The notes under the pieces were generated by a model. It saw nothing but the letters and a program-made list of their open reading frames with translations, was not told the DNA's origin and made no database searches. The translations under genes were made by a program, and so were the position numbers. A stretch of 64,000 nt of DNA from an uncultured bacterium (GTDB lineage: Bacteria > Patescibacteriota > Kazan-3B-28). The DNA is taken from contig OY968788.1 in the NCBI GenBank assembly GCA_963695435.1, positions 54,781 through 118,780 of the forward strand, read 5' to 3'. Each line of letters begins with the position of its first letter. The stretch's first letter is position 1. Below are positions 38,281 through 47,152 of the stretch, piece by piece.

Positions 38281-39957
38281 ATGGCGAGCAAAAAAACTGC
38301 TCCAAAAAAGAAAGCAGCCCCTCGCGTGGCGGGTAAACGGGCGGTGGCTCGGAAACGGGTGACCGTCGGGAAAAAGCCGGCGAAAAGTAAGCAGGTCAGC
38401 AGGTCAGCAGGTAAGCGGGCAAGTAATAAAAAAGTAGTGAAAAAAATGGCAAAGAAGAAACCGATTAGAAAACCGGCTCCAAAAAAGACCGCCCCTAAAC
38501 GGGCAGGTAAAAAACGGGTGATTAAGAAAAAGCCGGCAAAAAAATTGGTAAAGAAAGTATCAAAGAAAAAGCCGGCAAAAAAGATAGTAAAGAAGAGACC
38601 GATAAAAAAGGCTGTTAAGAAGAAACCAGCGAAGAAACTGAAGCCGAAGAAGTCGGTAAAGAAACCGTTGAAGAAGCTAGCAAAGAAAGTTGCTCCTAAG
38701 AAGGTAAGTAAAAAACGCAAATCAGAAGCAGAAGAATTGCTCGGAGAGCCAAGACCAGAAGAACCAAAACTCAAGATATTTGAGATTGAGGATGAAGACG
38801 AAATTGCCAAAAAAAGGAAACGCAAAGAATCTGGTATTGGTAAGCTCCCGGGGCCGGTAGCGGATTTGGTATCCGCCGGTAAGGCAAAAGGCTTTATCAC
38901 TCAACAAGAACTAGAGCAGGCGGTCCCGAATGTGGAAAAGCAAATCGAAATGCTTGATTTGTTGTTCCAGATTTTGATGGAAGAAGGAATTGAGGTGGTA
39001 GATGTTCGGGACGATCTGATCTGGGCATTGGCCGGGGACAGTAAGCTAAGCAAGAAAACTGAAGCCACTAAGAAAAAAATGCGGAACAAGCTGGATGTGA
39101 ATATCGATCCGCACTTGTTGGAAGATGACATCAGTGATGACTCGGTAAGGATGTATCTGAAGGAAATCGGACAGGTGCCGTTGCTTCGAGCCGAAGAAGA
39201 AGTCGCGTTGGCAAAACGAGTGGAAATGGGTGATGTGCTGGCGTCCAAACAGTTGGCGGAAGCAAACTTGCGGTTGGTTGTATCGATTGCCAAAAAATAT
39301 ATTGGCCGAGGATTGTCGCTTTTGGATTTGATTCAGGAAGGCAACATCGGTTTGATGAAAGCGGTGGAGAAATTTGACTGGCGACGAGGATTCAAATTCT
39401 CAACTTACGCGACTTGGTGGATTCGTCAGGCCATTACTCGCGCCATTGCCGACCAAGCTCGAACAATTCGTATCCCGGTGCACATGGTAGAAACGATGAA
39501 CAGGCTTTCTCGTACTCAACGGCAATTGGTGCAAGAGCTTGGGCGTGAGCCGACTCCAGAAGAAATTGCCAATGAAATGGAATTGGAAGTTGAAAAAGTT
39601 AACCACATTCTAAAGATTTCGCAGGAGACTGTATCTTTGGAAAAGTCGGTCGGTGACGAAGATGACTCTTTGCTTGGTGACTTTATTCAAGATGAAGATA
39701 GTCTGACGCCGGAAGAAGCTTCGGCTTACGAACTTCTGAAAGGTGATGTGGGCGGAGTACTTGATTTGTTGTCGCCAAGAGAGCAAAAGATTCTGAAGTT
39801 GCGATTTGGTCTTGGCGGCGAGTGGGCACACACGCTGGAGGAAGTAGGTAAAGAATTCGGAGTCACTCGTGAGCGTATTCGTCAGATCGAAGCTAAGGCA
39901 CTAATGAAATTGCGCAAGAGCAAAGACAGTAAGAAGTTGAAAGATTATTTGAAGTAA
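38281..39957 (+). CDS. rpoD: RNA polymerase sigma factor RpoD (sigma70) with a roughly 170-aa lysine-rich N-terminal extension of histone-H1-like AKKPAKK repeats
   Basis: The region 2 motif is [30 protein letters not shown]. The region 4 motif is [15 protein letters not shown]. The dnaG-rpoD order is conserved. Confidence 0.9.
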   Translation: MASKKTAPKKKAAPRVAGKRAVARKRVTVGKKPAKSKQVSRSAGKRASNKKVVKKMAKKKPIRKPAPKKTAPKRAGKKRVIKKKPAKKLVKKVSKKKPAKKIVKKRPIKKAVKKKPAKKLKPKKSVKKPLKKLAKKVAPKKVSKKRKSEAEELLGEPRPEEPKLKIFEIEDEDEIAKKRKRKESGIGKLPGPVADLVSAGKAKGFITQQELEQAVPNVEKQIEMLDLLFQILMEEGIEVVDVRDDLIWALAGDSKLSKKTEATKKKMRNKLDVNIDPHLLEDDISDDSVRMYLKEIGQVPLLRAEEEVALAKRVEMGDVLASKQLAEANLRLVVSIAKKYIGRGLSLLDLIQEGNIGLMKAVEKFDWRRGFKFSTYATWWIRQAITRAIADQARTIRIPVHMVETMNRLSRTQRQLVQELGREPTPEEIANEMELEVEKVNHILKISQETVSLEKSVGDEDDSLLGDFIQDEDSLTPEEASAYELLKGDVGGVLDLLSPREQKILKLRFGLGGEWAHTLEEVGKEFGVTRERIRQIEAKALMKLRKSKDSKKLKDYLK

Positions 39958-39993
39958 ATTACAATTACCGCGTCGCCATTTGGCGACGCGCAT

Positions 39994-40068
39994 TCCGGGG
40001 TAGCTCAGTGGTAGAGCGGTCGACTGTTAATCGATTGGTCGTGGGTTCGAATCCCACCCCCGGAGCCA
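39994..40068 (+). tRNA. tRNA-Asn (anticodon GTT)
   Basis: The acceptor stem is tccgggg/ccccgga with a U1:A72 pair. The anticodon loop is cuGUUaa. CCA is encoded. Confidence 0.8.
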
Positions 40069-40073
40069 GAAAA

Positions 40074-40110
40074 AAGTCCGCGAGTCTTCGCGGGCATTTT
40101 TCTTTTTCGG
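40074..40110 (+). terminator. Rho-independent terminator
   Basis: The stem ccgcga/tcgcgg with loop gtct is followed by atttttcttttt. Confidence 0.7.
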
Positions 40111-40310
40111 GGTGAGGGTTTGAACCCATGCGAAGCACAAAGGGTTCGTGCATGATGCTGCTTAGTCTCCAAAGGAGACGACTATAATATTTGTTGGGTA
40201 TACCTTATTGCAGCGAATGGCGGGGCCCCACAGTAGTGGGGAAACAATTCCCACCCCACTTGGTTTGTGATTTTGGTTGGGGAAAACAATTCCCACTCCC
40301 GGAGAACTAG
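40111..40310 (+). repeat. tRNA-trailer repeat region
   Basis: It contains the hairpin motif gaacccatgcgaagcacaaagggttcgtgcatgatgctgc, which also occurs at 580-622 and as a reverse complement at 46905-46925. It also contains ttggtttgtgattttggtt, flanked by 20-bp direct repeats ggggaaacaattcccacYcc. Confidence 0.6.
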
Positions 40311-40329
40311 AACCTGATAAGATAAAGCT

Positions 40330-40944
40330 ATGAAAAATAGAAATGCTATACATTACGACAAATTGTACGCTTCAGAAAAAGTGGTTTTTGGCGAAGGCAA
40401 ACCAGAGAGTCTAGTCATTAGGGCGTTAGATCATTTGCGTTCTGGTAAGGTTTTGGATATTGGTGGTGGCGAAGGCAGGAATGCCGTGTTTATGGCGGAG
40501 AATGGTTTTGATGTAGAGGTTGTAGATGTTTCCAAGGTCGGCATAAAGAAGATTCAGGATCGAGCAAAAGAACTCGGCATCAATATCAAAACCAAAGTCG
40601 CGGACATAACTGAAATAGAATTTGGAAATTATGACATAATTATCCTTTCGTTTGTTCTGCATGTTATAAGGCGTGACAAAGCTGTGCAATTATTAAGGCG
40701 GGTTATGGAGCACACAAATCCAGGCGGGCTGAATATTGTTATAGGCTTCACTAAAAAAGGTGATTTTTTCAAGGACAACCCGAATGTTAAGAGCTATTAT
40801 CTTGATTTGGAGGAGCTCAAGAAGATTTATAGTCACTGGGAGATCATTGAATATGTGGAAAGAAATACTAAAGCTCGCCAAACAAAAACTAATGGGGACC
40901 CGATGTTCAACACGACCGCCTTTCTCTTGGCTCAAAAACAATAG
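40330..40944 (+). CDS. tehB: TehB-like class I SAM-dependent methyltransferase
   Basis: VLDIGGGEGRNAVFMAENGFDVEVVD is motif I with an acidic loop. The overall order matches TehB tellurite methyltransferase. Confidence 0.7.
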   Translation: MKNRNAIHYDKLYASEKVVFGEGKPESLVIRALDHLRSGKVLDIGGGEGRNAVFMAENGFDVEVVDVSKVGIKKIQDRAKELGINIKTKVADITEIEFGNYDIIILSFVLHVIRRDKAVQLLRRVMEHTNPGGLNIVIGFTKKGDFFKDNPNVKSYYLDLEELKKIYSHWEIIEYVERNTKARQTKTNGDPMFNTTAFLLAQKQ

Positions 40945-41068
40945 AATTATTGTAGATATATCAAATCGGGTCCGGATGGGTTCAAAAATTGGCTGTGAGA
41001 CTAGCTTTGTTAATTGCTGGTTTTTCTTCGTAAAAACGCAGCTTATACTAAAAATGTAAGGGGCGCAC

Positions 41069-41087
41069 CTTGTACAACTTGTACAAA
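41069..41087. promoter_or_regulatory. Tandem palindromic octamers TTGTACAA-C-TTGTACAA (candidate operator)
   Basis: Two perfect self-complementary 8-mers lie 15 nt upstream of GGAGGTGA and the GTG start of the next ORF. Confidence 0.4.
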
Positions 41088-41101
41088 AGGGAGGTGATAT
41101 T

Positions 41102-41845
41102 GTGCTACAGTGGACGCCATCCGAAAGGGCAACGCGAAGTCATCTTTCTCGACGATTCAAGGAACTAAAACTGGGTCTTGGAAAGCTTAAGAAAGATGGT
41201 GAGTGTGGAGATGAGAGGAAGGAGAAAGCTCGAGAGTATGTTTCAGCATTGTCTAAACTCGTTGCCTTCAACAACGAGGCTATCGGGCGCGTGGAAGACT
41301 ACATTCGCGAACAGGGTTCTTCACGGCTTGAGGAACAACTCGAGTACCATCGGATACTCTATGAAGGTGCAGGGTCGGGTTTCCGCGGGTATACGGGAGC
41401 TCACTTTAGGCACGCGGGGCGCTTGGTTCGTTTTGCTTCCCTCGACGATGGCGGTGAGTTTACCTCATCTCAACTTCGGCGGAGAAAAGCTTATCTCGCG
41501 CGCAAGCTGCTGGCCCCAATTAGGATCCCGAAAGGTAGGCCGCAGAACCTAATTCGGGTAACCAAAGACGGTCAGCGTCTGCCAACCTGCTCTGGGCAGT
41601 ACATCCGTGTCGCGGGAGAGTGGTTTGAAGTTTTGGGGCTGCCACGTATCCGAGGTGGTCACTATCACTGCAAAAGGCTTCGCTACGATCCGGATGATGT
41701 ATTTAGCGGTCAGATGCTTCATGATGTTCTGGCGGAGGAAATCGATGGCGTGTCCGTGCGACATCCCCTCGACTACTTGTTGGAACAGCCGGAGCAGCAG
41801 GAAGCTCTTTTCGGCTCTTCACTCGGCGTCGAGTTTGATCTTTAG
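41102..41845 (+). CDS. Hypothetical 247-aa protein that is compositionally atypical (GC-rich relative to its neighbours)
   Basis: A GTG start is preceded by a strong GGAGGTGA ribosome-binding site. No motif is recognised. Local GC content is clearly higher than in flanking genes. Confidence 0.5.
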   Translation: MLQWTPSERATRSHLSRRFKELKLGLGKLKKDGECGDERKEKAREYVSALSKLVAFNNEAIGRVEDYIREQGSSRLEEQLEYHRILYEGAGSGFRGYTGAHFRHAGRLVRFASLDDGGEFTSSQLRRRKAYLARKLLAPIRIPKGRPQNLIRVTKDGQRLPTCSGQYIRVAGEWFEVLGLPRIRGGHYHCKRLRYDPDDVFSGQMLHDVLAEEIDGVSVRHPLDYLLEQPEQQEALFGSSLGVEFDL

Positions 41846-41895
41846 GGGACAGGTGGTTCAATCTGTTCCCTTTTTAATTTGGGTTATTCGTATTT

Positions 41896-43296
41896 TTATC
41901 TCAACATTGCTTGGGTGGGAAATTCGTGACTAGTTTTATCCCAAGGGATTGATTGACGGTCTGATCGGAAGAAGAAATGGTAAATCGCTCGAACAGAGGC
42001 GGAGAAGTTAATGAAATTGCCGATTACATAACGGATAGGGACTAGCAATGAATTTCCAAAACCGTAAAAAACACTTACAGCTGACATTCGTAGTATTATT
42101 CGTAAGAAAAACAGAAGGGTATCAAACAAGAAAAGGTACCACAGAATAATTGGGATGTGATGGATTGGGCTAATCCCGAAGAAAAATGGCAGGATGAAAA
42201 ATGGAATTAGTACAATGTAGCCGAAGAAGTTAAGCGAGCCGGTAATTATTTGTTTGCGGTCACGAAATAGACAATATTTCATTTTGAAGTCGCCTAACCA
42301 TCCGGTTTGTTGCCAAGTTTGTAAAGCAATGCCTGTGATCCAGCGGGTTTTTTGGCGAATCGAAGCGCGGTAGTGGCGGGGAAATATTGAACGGGTAGCG
42401 ATAACTTCCCCGCGGTCGGTAAACATGGTGGCAAAGATTGTGTCGTGGCCGGTGTGGTGCAGCTCAATTGCGCTATGGTAGTCTTCCACTAGACTTTCGT
42501 CGTTGAAGACTCGTCCATGATGTTTTTCTAATGTTTCCAGAGAGGCCCGGTCGTAGGCGGTTCCTACTCCCGCAGAGGGGACAAAAGCACCGATATGTTC
42601 GCGGGTAATCATATGGCGGAGATGATTTTCGGAAAATTCGTCAGCGTAAGTCCAGTGGATCAATTCCCACCACGGCATAGAAAGTGGCAAAACGGGAATT
42701 TGCACCATATGTTTTTTCCGTTCACAAATCAGGTAGTTGAAAACGCGTAGGGAGTATGGATGAATAACATCCTCGCTGTCGTGAGTGACAATGACGCGGA
42801 AGGGTTTTTTGCCCTCGATAGTTTCTAAAGCGATAAAAGTGGAATTGAGATTGTCGGCTTTGGTGGTTGGACCGGCATTCTGGTTAACTATAACTTTCAC
42901 GTGTTCAGGGAAACGTTTTTCTAATTTTCGAGCGGCAGTAATGGTGGGTTTGTCATTTGGATAAACTCCCAAGACAATTGAATAATTTGAATATTTGATG
43001 GTTTTTACTGCGTTGTGTACCATTCTCCCAATTACAGAACTTTCGCGCCAACAGGGTACCAAAATTGCAACCCGTTGCTCTTTGTGGGGTTCGAGCGAAT
43101 GGACAGTAAAGTTGCGAATTCGGTTACGATTGAAGAAGCGGTGAATTCGCCATTTGAGGTAAAGTCCGTCAAACAAGAGGTCGTCGAGACCGCTGATTGC
43201 AAAACCGCCAGCTACGATATAGGAGAAAACTATAAAGTAGGGGTGGGCGAAAATGGACAGGAATATATTCATAGGGGAGCTCCCAGTAGTGTACAC
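41896..43296 (-). CDS. Family 2 glycosyltransferase, membrane-embedded processive type (cellulose-synthase-like)
   Basis: A GT-A fold with DSED is present. The QxxRW motif is RQKTRWITG. N- and C-terminal transmembrane helices are present. Confidence 0.7.
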   Translation of the reverse strand: MYTTGSSPMNIFLSIFAHPYFIVFSYIVAGGFAISGLDDLLFDGLYLKWRIHRFFNRNRIRNFTVHSLEPHKEQRVAILVPCWRESSVIGRMVHNAVKTIKYSNYSIVLGVYPNDKPTITAARKLEKRFPEHVKVIVNQNAGPTTKADNLNSTFIALETIEGKKPFRVIVTHDSEDVIHPYSLRVFNYLICERKKHMVQIPVLPLSMPWWELIHWTYADEFSENHLRHMITREHIGAFVPSAGVGTAYDRASLETLEKHHGRVFNDESLVEDYHSAIELHHTGHDTIFATMFTDRGEVIATRSIFPRHYRASIRQKTRWITGIALQTWQQTGWLGDFKMKYCLFRDRKQIITGSLNFFGYIVLIPFFILPFFFGISPIHHIPIILWYLFLFDTLLFFLRIILRMSAVSVFYGFGNSLLVPIRYVIGNFINFSASVRAIYHFFFRSDRQSIPWDKTSHEFPTQAMLR

Positions 43297-43359
43297 CTAT
43301 GGGGTTTATCGCTAAAGAGGCGGTGGCTTTTGTGTGATAATAGGGACGAAAGGAGTTAT

Positions 43360-43581
43360 ATGAAGAAAATATTTCTTTGGGGCGGGTTAGTTGGCTTTAT
43401 CGTCTTTTTCCTGTTGGGATTTTTGGCGGGGGCAACTAATGGTCCTGATAATCAGCCGGTTTTTGCGTTAGTCTATGGTACTAACCAGGTTCTCTGGGCA
43501 TTCCTTGGTCTTGTTTTCGCAATTCTTTTCATCATCGGTTTAGTGATGGTGATTGTTGGTGCGATAAAGAGACGCAAATAG
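43360..43581 (+). CDS. Small (73 aa) two-transmembrane membrane protein
   Basis: AAGGAG precedes the ATG. The start MKKIFLWGGLVGF and the end IIGLVMVIVGAIKRRK are recognisable. It is a paralog of the next ORF. Confidence 0.55.
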   Translation: MKKIFLWGGLVGFIVFFLLGFLAGATNGPDNQPVFALVYGTNQVLWAFLGLVFAILFIIGLVMVIVGAIKRRK

Positions 43582-43637
43582 TAGGGGATAGATAATTCTC
43601 TTAGATATTAGAATGACTGTTTGGTAAAAGGATTTTT

Positions 43638-43853
43638 ATGAAAAGAACATTTCTTTGGGGTGGGTTGATTGGTTTTGCCGTATTTTTTCTGATAGGACTT
43701 CTAACCAGCACATCAAACAATGGACCGTCCATATTACCTCTCACTTGTGATTCAAAAGGTTTGATATGGGTTCTCTTTGCTCTTGTTGGCGCTGTATTTT
43801 TCCTGATTGGCTTGGTGATGGTGATTGTTGATGTGATAAAAAGACGCAAGTAG
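43638..43853 (+). CDS. Small (71 aa) two-transmembrane membrane protein (paralog)
   Basis: MKRTFLWGGLIGFAVFFLIGLL...LIGLVMVIVDVIKRRK is about 60% identical to 43360..43581. Confidence 0.55.
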   Translation: MKRTFLWGGLIGFAVFFLIGLLTSTSNNGPSILPLTCDSKGLIWVLFALVGAVFFLIGLVMVIVDVIKRRK

Positions 43854-44825
43854 ATGGCAAAAGGGTTTTGGGGAAAATTGAAGCGGCCGATTTTGGCATT
43901 GGCGCCAATGGCGGATGTGACTGACCCGGCTTTTCGTCGGCTGATTGCTAAATATGGCAAACCGGATGTGATGTGGACGGAATTTGTTTCGTGTGATGGG
44001 TTGTGTTCACCAAAAGGCAGATCGGTGCTGTCGGCGAGTTTGAAATATGTTTCGGCAGAACGACCGATTGTGGCGCAGATTTTTGGGAGTAAGCCAGAAA
44101 ATTTTTATCAGTGCGCAAAGTTATTGAAAAAACTAAAGTTCGACGGTATTGATATAAATATGGGATGCCCGGATAGGAAAGTGGAAAAACAAGGCGGCGG
44201 GGCAAAGCTAATGCTAAATCCTGTTCTTGCGAAAGAAATTATTCGACAAACTAAACGGGGGGCAGGCGGGTTGCCGGTTTCGGTAAAAACTAGAATCGGC
44301 TACAACAAAAAAGATTTGGAAGGCTGGATAAGGGCTCTAGTAGATGCAGACCCCGATGTTTTGATTATTCATGCCCGCACTCGTAAGGAAATGTCGAAAG
44401 TGCCGGCGGATTGGAAGGTGATTAAAGAAGTAGTGAAGTTGGTAAAAAAATCAGGTAAAGATATTTTAGTAATCGGTAATGGTGATGTGAAAAATTTGGA
44501 AGATGCGAAGAAGAAAATAAAACAGTCTGGAGCGGATGGCGCGATGGTAGGGCGGGGGGTGTTCGGTAACCCGTGGTTTTTCAATAAAAGAAAAAAGAAA
44601 GTTAGTTTGAAGGAAAAGCTAAGGGTTTTGGTAGAGCATGCCAGGCTCTTTGAGAAGGTTTCGGGAAAGAAAAACTTTGCCATCATGCGGAAACATTTCA
44701 AAGCTTATATCGTGGGGTTCAATGGGGCGGTGAGTTTGCGGGCGAAATTGATGCGGGCAAACAACTCGAGAGAGGTGGTAGCCATTCTTAGGGCAAAATA
44801 CCCCAAAATCAGCTTCCAGAGGTAG
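43854..44825 (+). CDS. dus: tRNA-dihydrouridine synthase
   Basis: LAPMADVTDPAFRRL...NMGCP is the Dus active-site region. A TIM barrel is present. Confidence 0.85.
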   Translation: MAKGFWGKLKRPILALAPMADVTDPAFRRLIAKYGKPDVMWTEFVSCDGLCSPKGRSVLSASLKYVSAERPIVAQIFGSKPENFYQCAKLLKKLKFDGIDINMGCPDRKVEKQGGGAKLMLNPVLAKEIIRQTKRGAGGLPVSVKTRIGYNKKDLEGWIRALVDADPDVLIIHARTRKEMSKVPADWKVIKEVVKLVKKSGKDILVIGNGDVKNLEDAKKKIKQSGADGAMVGRGVFGNPWFFNKRKKKVSLKEKLRVLVEHARLFEKVSGKKNFAIMRKHFKAYIVGFNGAVSLRAKLMRANNSREVVAILRAKYPKISFQR

Positions 44826-44956
44826 TTATTGCTATTCTTGGAGAAGTGTGTATAATGCTTTTGTTGGTAGGTTTTGTCGTTGGTAGGTTTCGTTTTCCTT
44901 ATGTCTCTTGGAGAGGTAGGGAGTAGAAGGCCAGACGGGGTCACCCTACTCGTATA

Positions 44957-45259
44957 TTGTTCAAAATCCAAAGAGATATGGCTAAGAAACTTTTTGTTGG
45001 TGGACTTAGTTGGAATACAACTGAGGACACTTTGCGCGAAGCTTTCGCGCAGCATGGTACCGTGGCCTCCGCTCAGATTATCTTCGATAAGATGTCCGGT
45101 CGGTCCAAGGGATTTGGTTTTGTGGAATTCGAATCTGATTCAGAAGCGGATGCCGCAGTTGCCGCCCTTAATGGTACTGAAGTTGATGGCAGAACCATTA
45201 CTGTCAACGAAGCGCGTCCAATGGGCGAACGCCCACCACGTCGCGATTTTCGTCGGTAA
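44957..45259 (+). CDS. RNA-binding protein with a single RRM domain
   Basis: RNP-2 is LFVGGL. RNP-1 is KGFGFVEF. An Arg-rich tail follows. Confidence 0.8.
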   Translation: MFKIQRDMAKKLFVGGLSWNTTEDTLREAFAQHGTVASAQIIFDKMSGRSKGFGFVEFESDSEADAAVAALNGTEVDGRTITVNEARPMGERPPRRDFRR

Positions 45260-45371
45260 TCGAACTTAAATCAATAAAAATCCGCTCTGGAAGCAATTCT
45301 AGGGCGGGTTTTTAGTTGAAGAGGACTAGAAATGATAAAATATTGATAGGGTCGATCTTTATACAATCAAT

Positions 45372-45587
45372 TTGGACTTATCCGATATGTTAAATATTAT
45401 TGCTTTAATTCTGGTTATCATCGGTGGTTTGAACTGGGGTTTGGTCGCTTTCCTGCAATGGGATTTAGTAGCCAACCTGTTCGGCGCTGGTGATATGTTC
45501 GCCATGGTTCCTCGCATCATTTATGGATTGGTCGGCTTGGCCGCCCTCTACATGCTGGTGACGATTGGAACTTGGTTGAAGAAATAG
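45372..45587 (+). CDS. DUF378-family small membrane protein
   Basis: ALILVIIGGLNWGLVAF...YGLVGLAALYML matches the DUF378 pattern. Confidence 0.6.
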   Translation: MDLSDMLNIIALILVIIGGLNWGLVAFLQWDLVANLFGAGDMFAMVPRIIYGLVGLAALYMLVTIGTWLKK

Positions 45588-45601
45588 TCACGGTATTATC
45601 A

Positions 45602-45631
45602 AAAACGCCCCGATGCAGATCGGGGCGTTTT
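45602..45631 (+). terminator. Rho-independent terminator
   Basis: The sequence aaaacgccccgatgcagatcggggcgtttt forms a 10-bp stem followed by a T-run. Confidence 0.75.
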
Positions 45632-45646
45632 GTTATAGTAGGGTAG

Positions 45647-46336
45647 ATGGAAAGACTACAAAAGGTGCTAGCTCAAGCTGGGGTTGCCAGCCGCCGTAAG
45701 GCGGAGGAGTATATTGCGAAGGGTTTGGTCACAGTAAATGGTAAGGTGGTGACAACACTTGGGACTAAGGTGGATCCAGCCCAAGACAAAATCGAATACA
45801 ATGGACGGCTCTTAAAAAAAGAAGAGCAGGTGATTTACGCTTTTTACAAACCAGCTGGCGTCACTTCAACAATGAGCGACCCTTACGCCAAAAAAACAAT
45901 TGCCGATTATTTCAAAGGCAAACGAGTTTATCCAGTTGGACGATTGGATAAATATAGTGAAGGATTGATGCTGATAACAAATGACGGTGATTTAGCGCTT
46001 GAGCTTACTCACCCGCGATACGAACACGAAAAAGAATATGAAGTTTTATTGCAAGGGAAAACGGAAGATAACATCCCGAAGTTTGAACAGAGATTTAAAA
46101 TTGACGACGGTTATCGAACTCAACCGATGAAATTGGTGATGAGCAAAAAAGTGAAGGACAGGCAGTGGCTGGTAGGATTGGTTTTGAAAGAGGGGAGAAA
46201 AAGACAGATTCGCAAGATTGCAGAAATATTAGGTTATCAAGTTATTGATCTCAAAAGGGTTAGAATAGAAAAACTGAAATTAGAAGATCTCCAGCCGGGA
46301 AGGTGGAGAGAGGTAGGTCGAGGCGATATAATTTAG
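45647..46336 (+). CDS. rluB: rRNA pseudouridine synthase, RsuA/RluB family (S4 domain + catalytic domain)
   Basis: The S4 domain is LQKVLAQAGVASRRKAEEYI. The catalytic motif is VGRLDKYSEGLMLITNDG. Confidence 0.8.
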   Translation: MERLQKVLAQAGVASRRKAEEYIAKGLVTVNGKVVTTLGTKVDPAQDKIEYNGRLLKKEEQVIYAFYKPAGVTSTMSDPYAKKTIADYFKGKRVYPVGRLDKYSEGLMLITNDGDLALELTHPRYEHEKEYEVLLQGKTEDNIPKFEQRFKIDDGYRTQPMKLVMSKKVKDRQWLVGLVLKEGRKRQIRKIAEILGYQVIDLKRVRIEKLKLEDLQPGRWREVGRGDII

Positions 46337-46347
46337 ATAATTGACTT

Positions 46348-46423
46348 GGGCCCGTAACTCAGTGGTTAGAGTAGTCCCCTCATAAGGGATTAGTCCTTGG
46401 TTCGAATCCAAGCGGGCCCACCA
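46348..46423 (+). tRNA. tRNA with CAT anticodon, probably tRNA-Ile2 (lysidine tRNA) or an elongator Met
   Basis: The acceptor stem gggcccg/cgggccc is fully paired. The anticodon loop is cuCAUaa. The D-arm resembles E. coli tRNA-Ile2. CCA is encoded. Confidence 0.75.
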
Positions 46424-46556
46424 CGGCGTCGAAATGGCTTCGCTCGACGCGCGAGCAAAACAGGTTTGCTCGGCTAATGAAGCTCAGCATTTCTCCTTTC
46501 AAAATTACAAACACTTCGTTGGTTTACAATTTTGGTTAGAGACAAAGACTTAGTAT
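46424..46556 (+). repeat. tRNA-trailer repeat element
   Basis: It begins cgtcgaaatggcttc as at 1284. It shares gctcggctaAtg and cagcatttctcctttc with that copy and carries the variant motif ttggtttacaattttggttag. Confidence 0.65.
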
Positions 46557-46565
46557 GTTTTCAAG

Positions 46566-46907
46566 ATGAAGAAGGCGATATCATATCTTTTTTATTTCAA
46601 AGCGCTGGTTTGGATAACTCTAGCGTTCTTTTATTTGAGTCGCCATCTTAGTCCTAATGAAAATGTGGTCTACCAAATTGTTGCTGGTTTACTGTTTGTG
46701 AATGGTTCTGCATACGCAGTTTTGGGATATCTTTTGAGACAAAAAGTTCGGTGGGTATTTTGGCTGTCGCTTGTTTTGGTGGCGGGAAATATTTTGCTGA
46801 CAATTACTGACCAAGTGGGCTGGGTGGATTGGATATCTTTGGCTACTGATTTGGTTCTGGTAGTTTTGTTGCTTTGGTACAGAAAGGAATGGATTCCATC
46901 AAAATAG
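46566..46907 (+). CDS. Hypothetical 113-aa membrane protein (3-4 transmembrane helices)
   Basis: It is an ORF with hydrophobic segments and lies between two convergent tRNA genes and their trailer repeats. Confidence 0.4.
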   Translation: MKKAISYLFYFKALVWITLAFFYLSRHLSPNENVVYQIVAGLLFVNGSAYAVLGYLLRQKVRWVFWLSLVLVAGNILLTITDQVGWVDWISLATDLVLVVLLLWYRKEWIPSK

Positions 46908-46914
46908 TGGCATC

Positions 46915-47042
46915 GTGCGCGGACTCAAACCAAAATCACAAACTAACGAAGTGTTTGTGATTTTGAAAGGAGAAATAACGAGACCCAAAAGCAACCCCGA
47001 GCCTGTCGAGGGCGTTAGCGTAAAGTCGAGTTTATTTCGACG
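46915..47042 (-). repeat. tRNA-trailer repeat element (minus strand, behind the initiator tRNA)
   Basis: The reverse complement reads atttctcctttcaaaatcacaaacacttcgttagtttgtgattttggtttgagtccgcgcacgatgccac. It forms an inverted repeat with 46480-46556. Confidence 0.65.
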
Positions 47043-47118
47043 TGGTTGCGGGGGTGAGATTCGAACTCACGACCTTCAGGTTATGAGCCTGACGAGCTAG
47101 CCACTGCTCTACCCCGCG
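47043..47118 (-). tRNA. Initiator tRNA-fMet (anticodon CAT)
   Basis: A C1xA72 mismatch is present (5' cgcgggg, 3' ccccgca + a + cca). The anticodon arm ucaggcuCAUaaccuga is E. coli tRNAfMet-like. Confidence 0.8.
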
Positions 47119-47152
47119 AGCCAATGTTAGCAATTCAGCTCATATCTGTCCA

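Noticed and set aside
39968-39990. Hairpin cgcgtcgcc-attt-ggcgacgcg after rpoD as a rho-independent terminator
   Set aside because: It has no downstream U-tract and is immediately followed by tRNA-Asn. It is more likely a processing or stability stem in an rpoD-tRNA co-transcript, and the real terminator follows the tRNA at 40074-40110.
40243-40305. CRISPR-like mini-array: 20-bp direct repeats ggggaaacaattcccacYcc flanking a 21-bp unit
   Set aside because: There are only two repeat copies. The repeats and the spacer-like unit are far shorter than CRISPR dimensions. No cas genes are nearby. The central unit is the recurrent tRNA-trailer motif.
43015-43581. 188-aa ORF overlapping the 3' part of the minus-strand GT2 gene
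   Set aside because: Only the last 73 codons (from ATG 43360, preceded by AAGGAG) form a credible gene. The upstream extension is antisense to the conserved glycosyltransferase.
46480-46995. Inverted repeats of about 75 bp flanking the 113-aa membrane ORF, resembling an IS or MITE
   Set aside because: The two arms are simply the trailer elements of two convergent tRNA genes (46348..46423 plus strand, 47043..47118 minus strand). There is no transposase and no target-site duplication.
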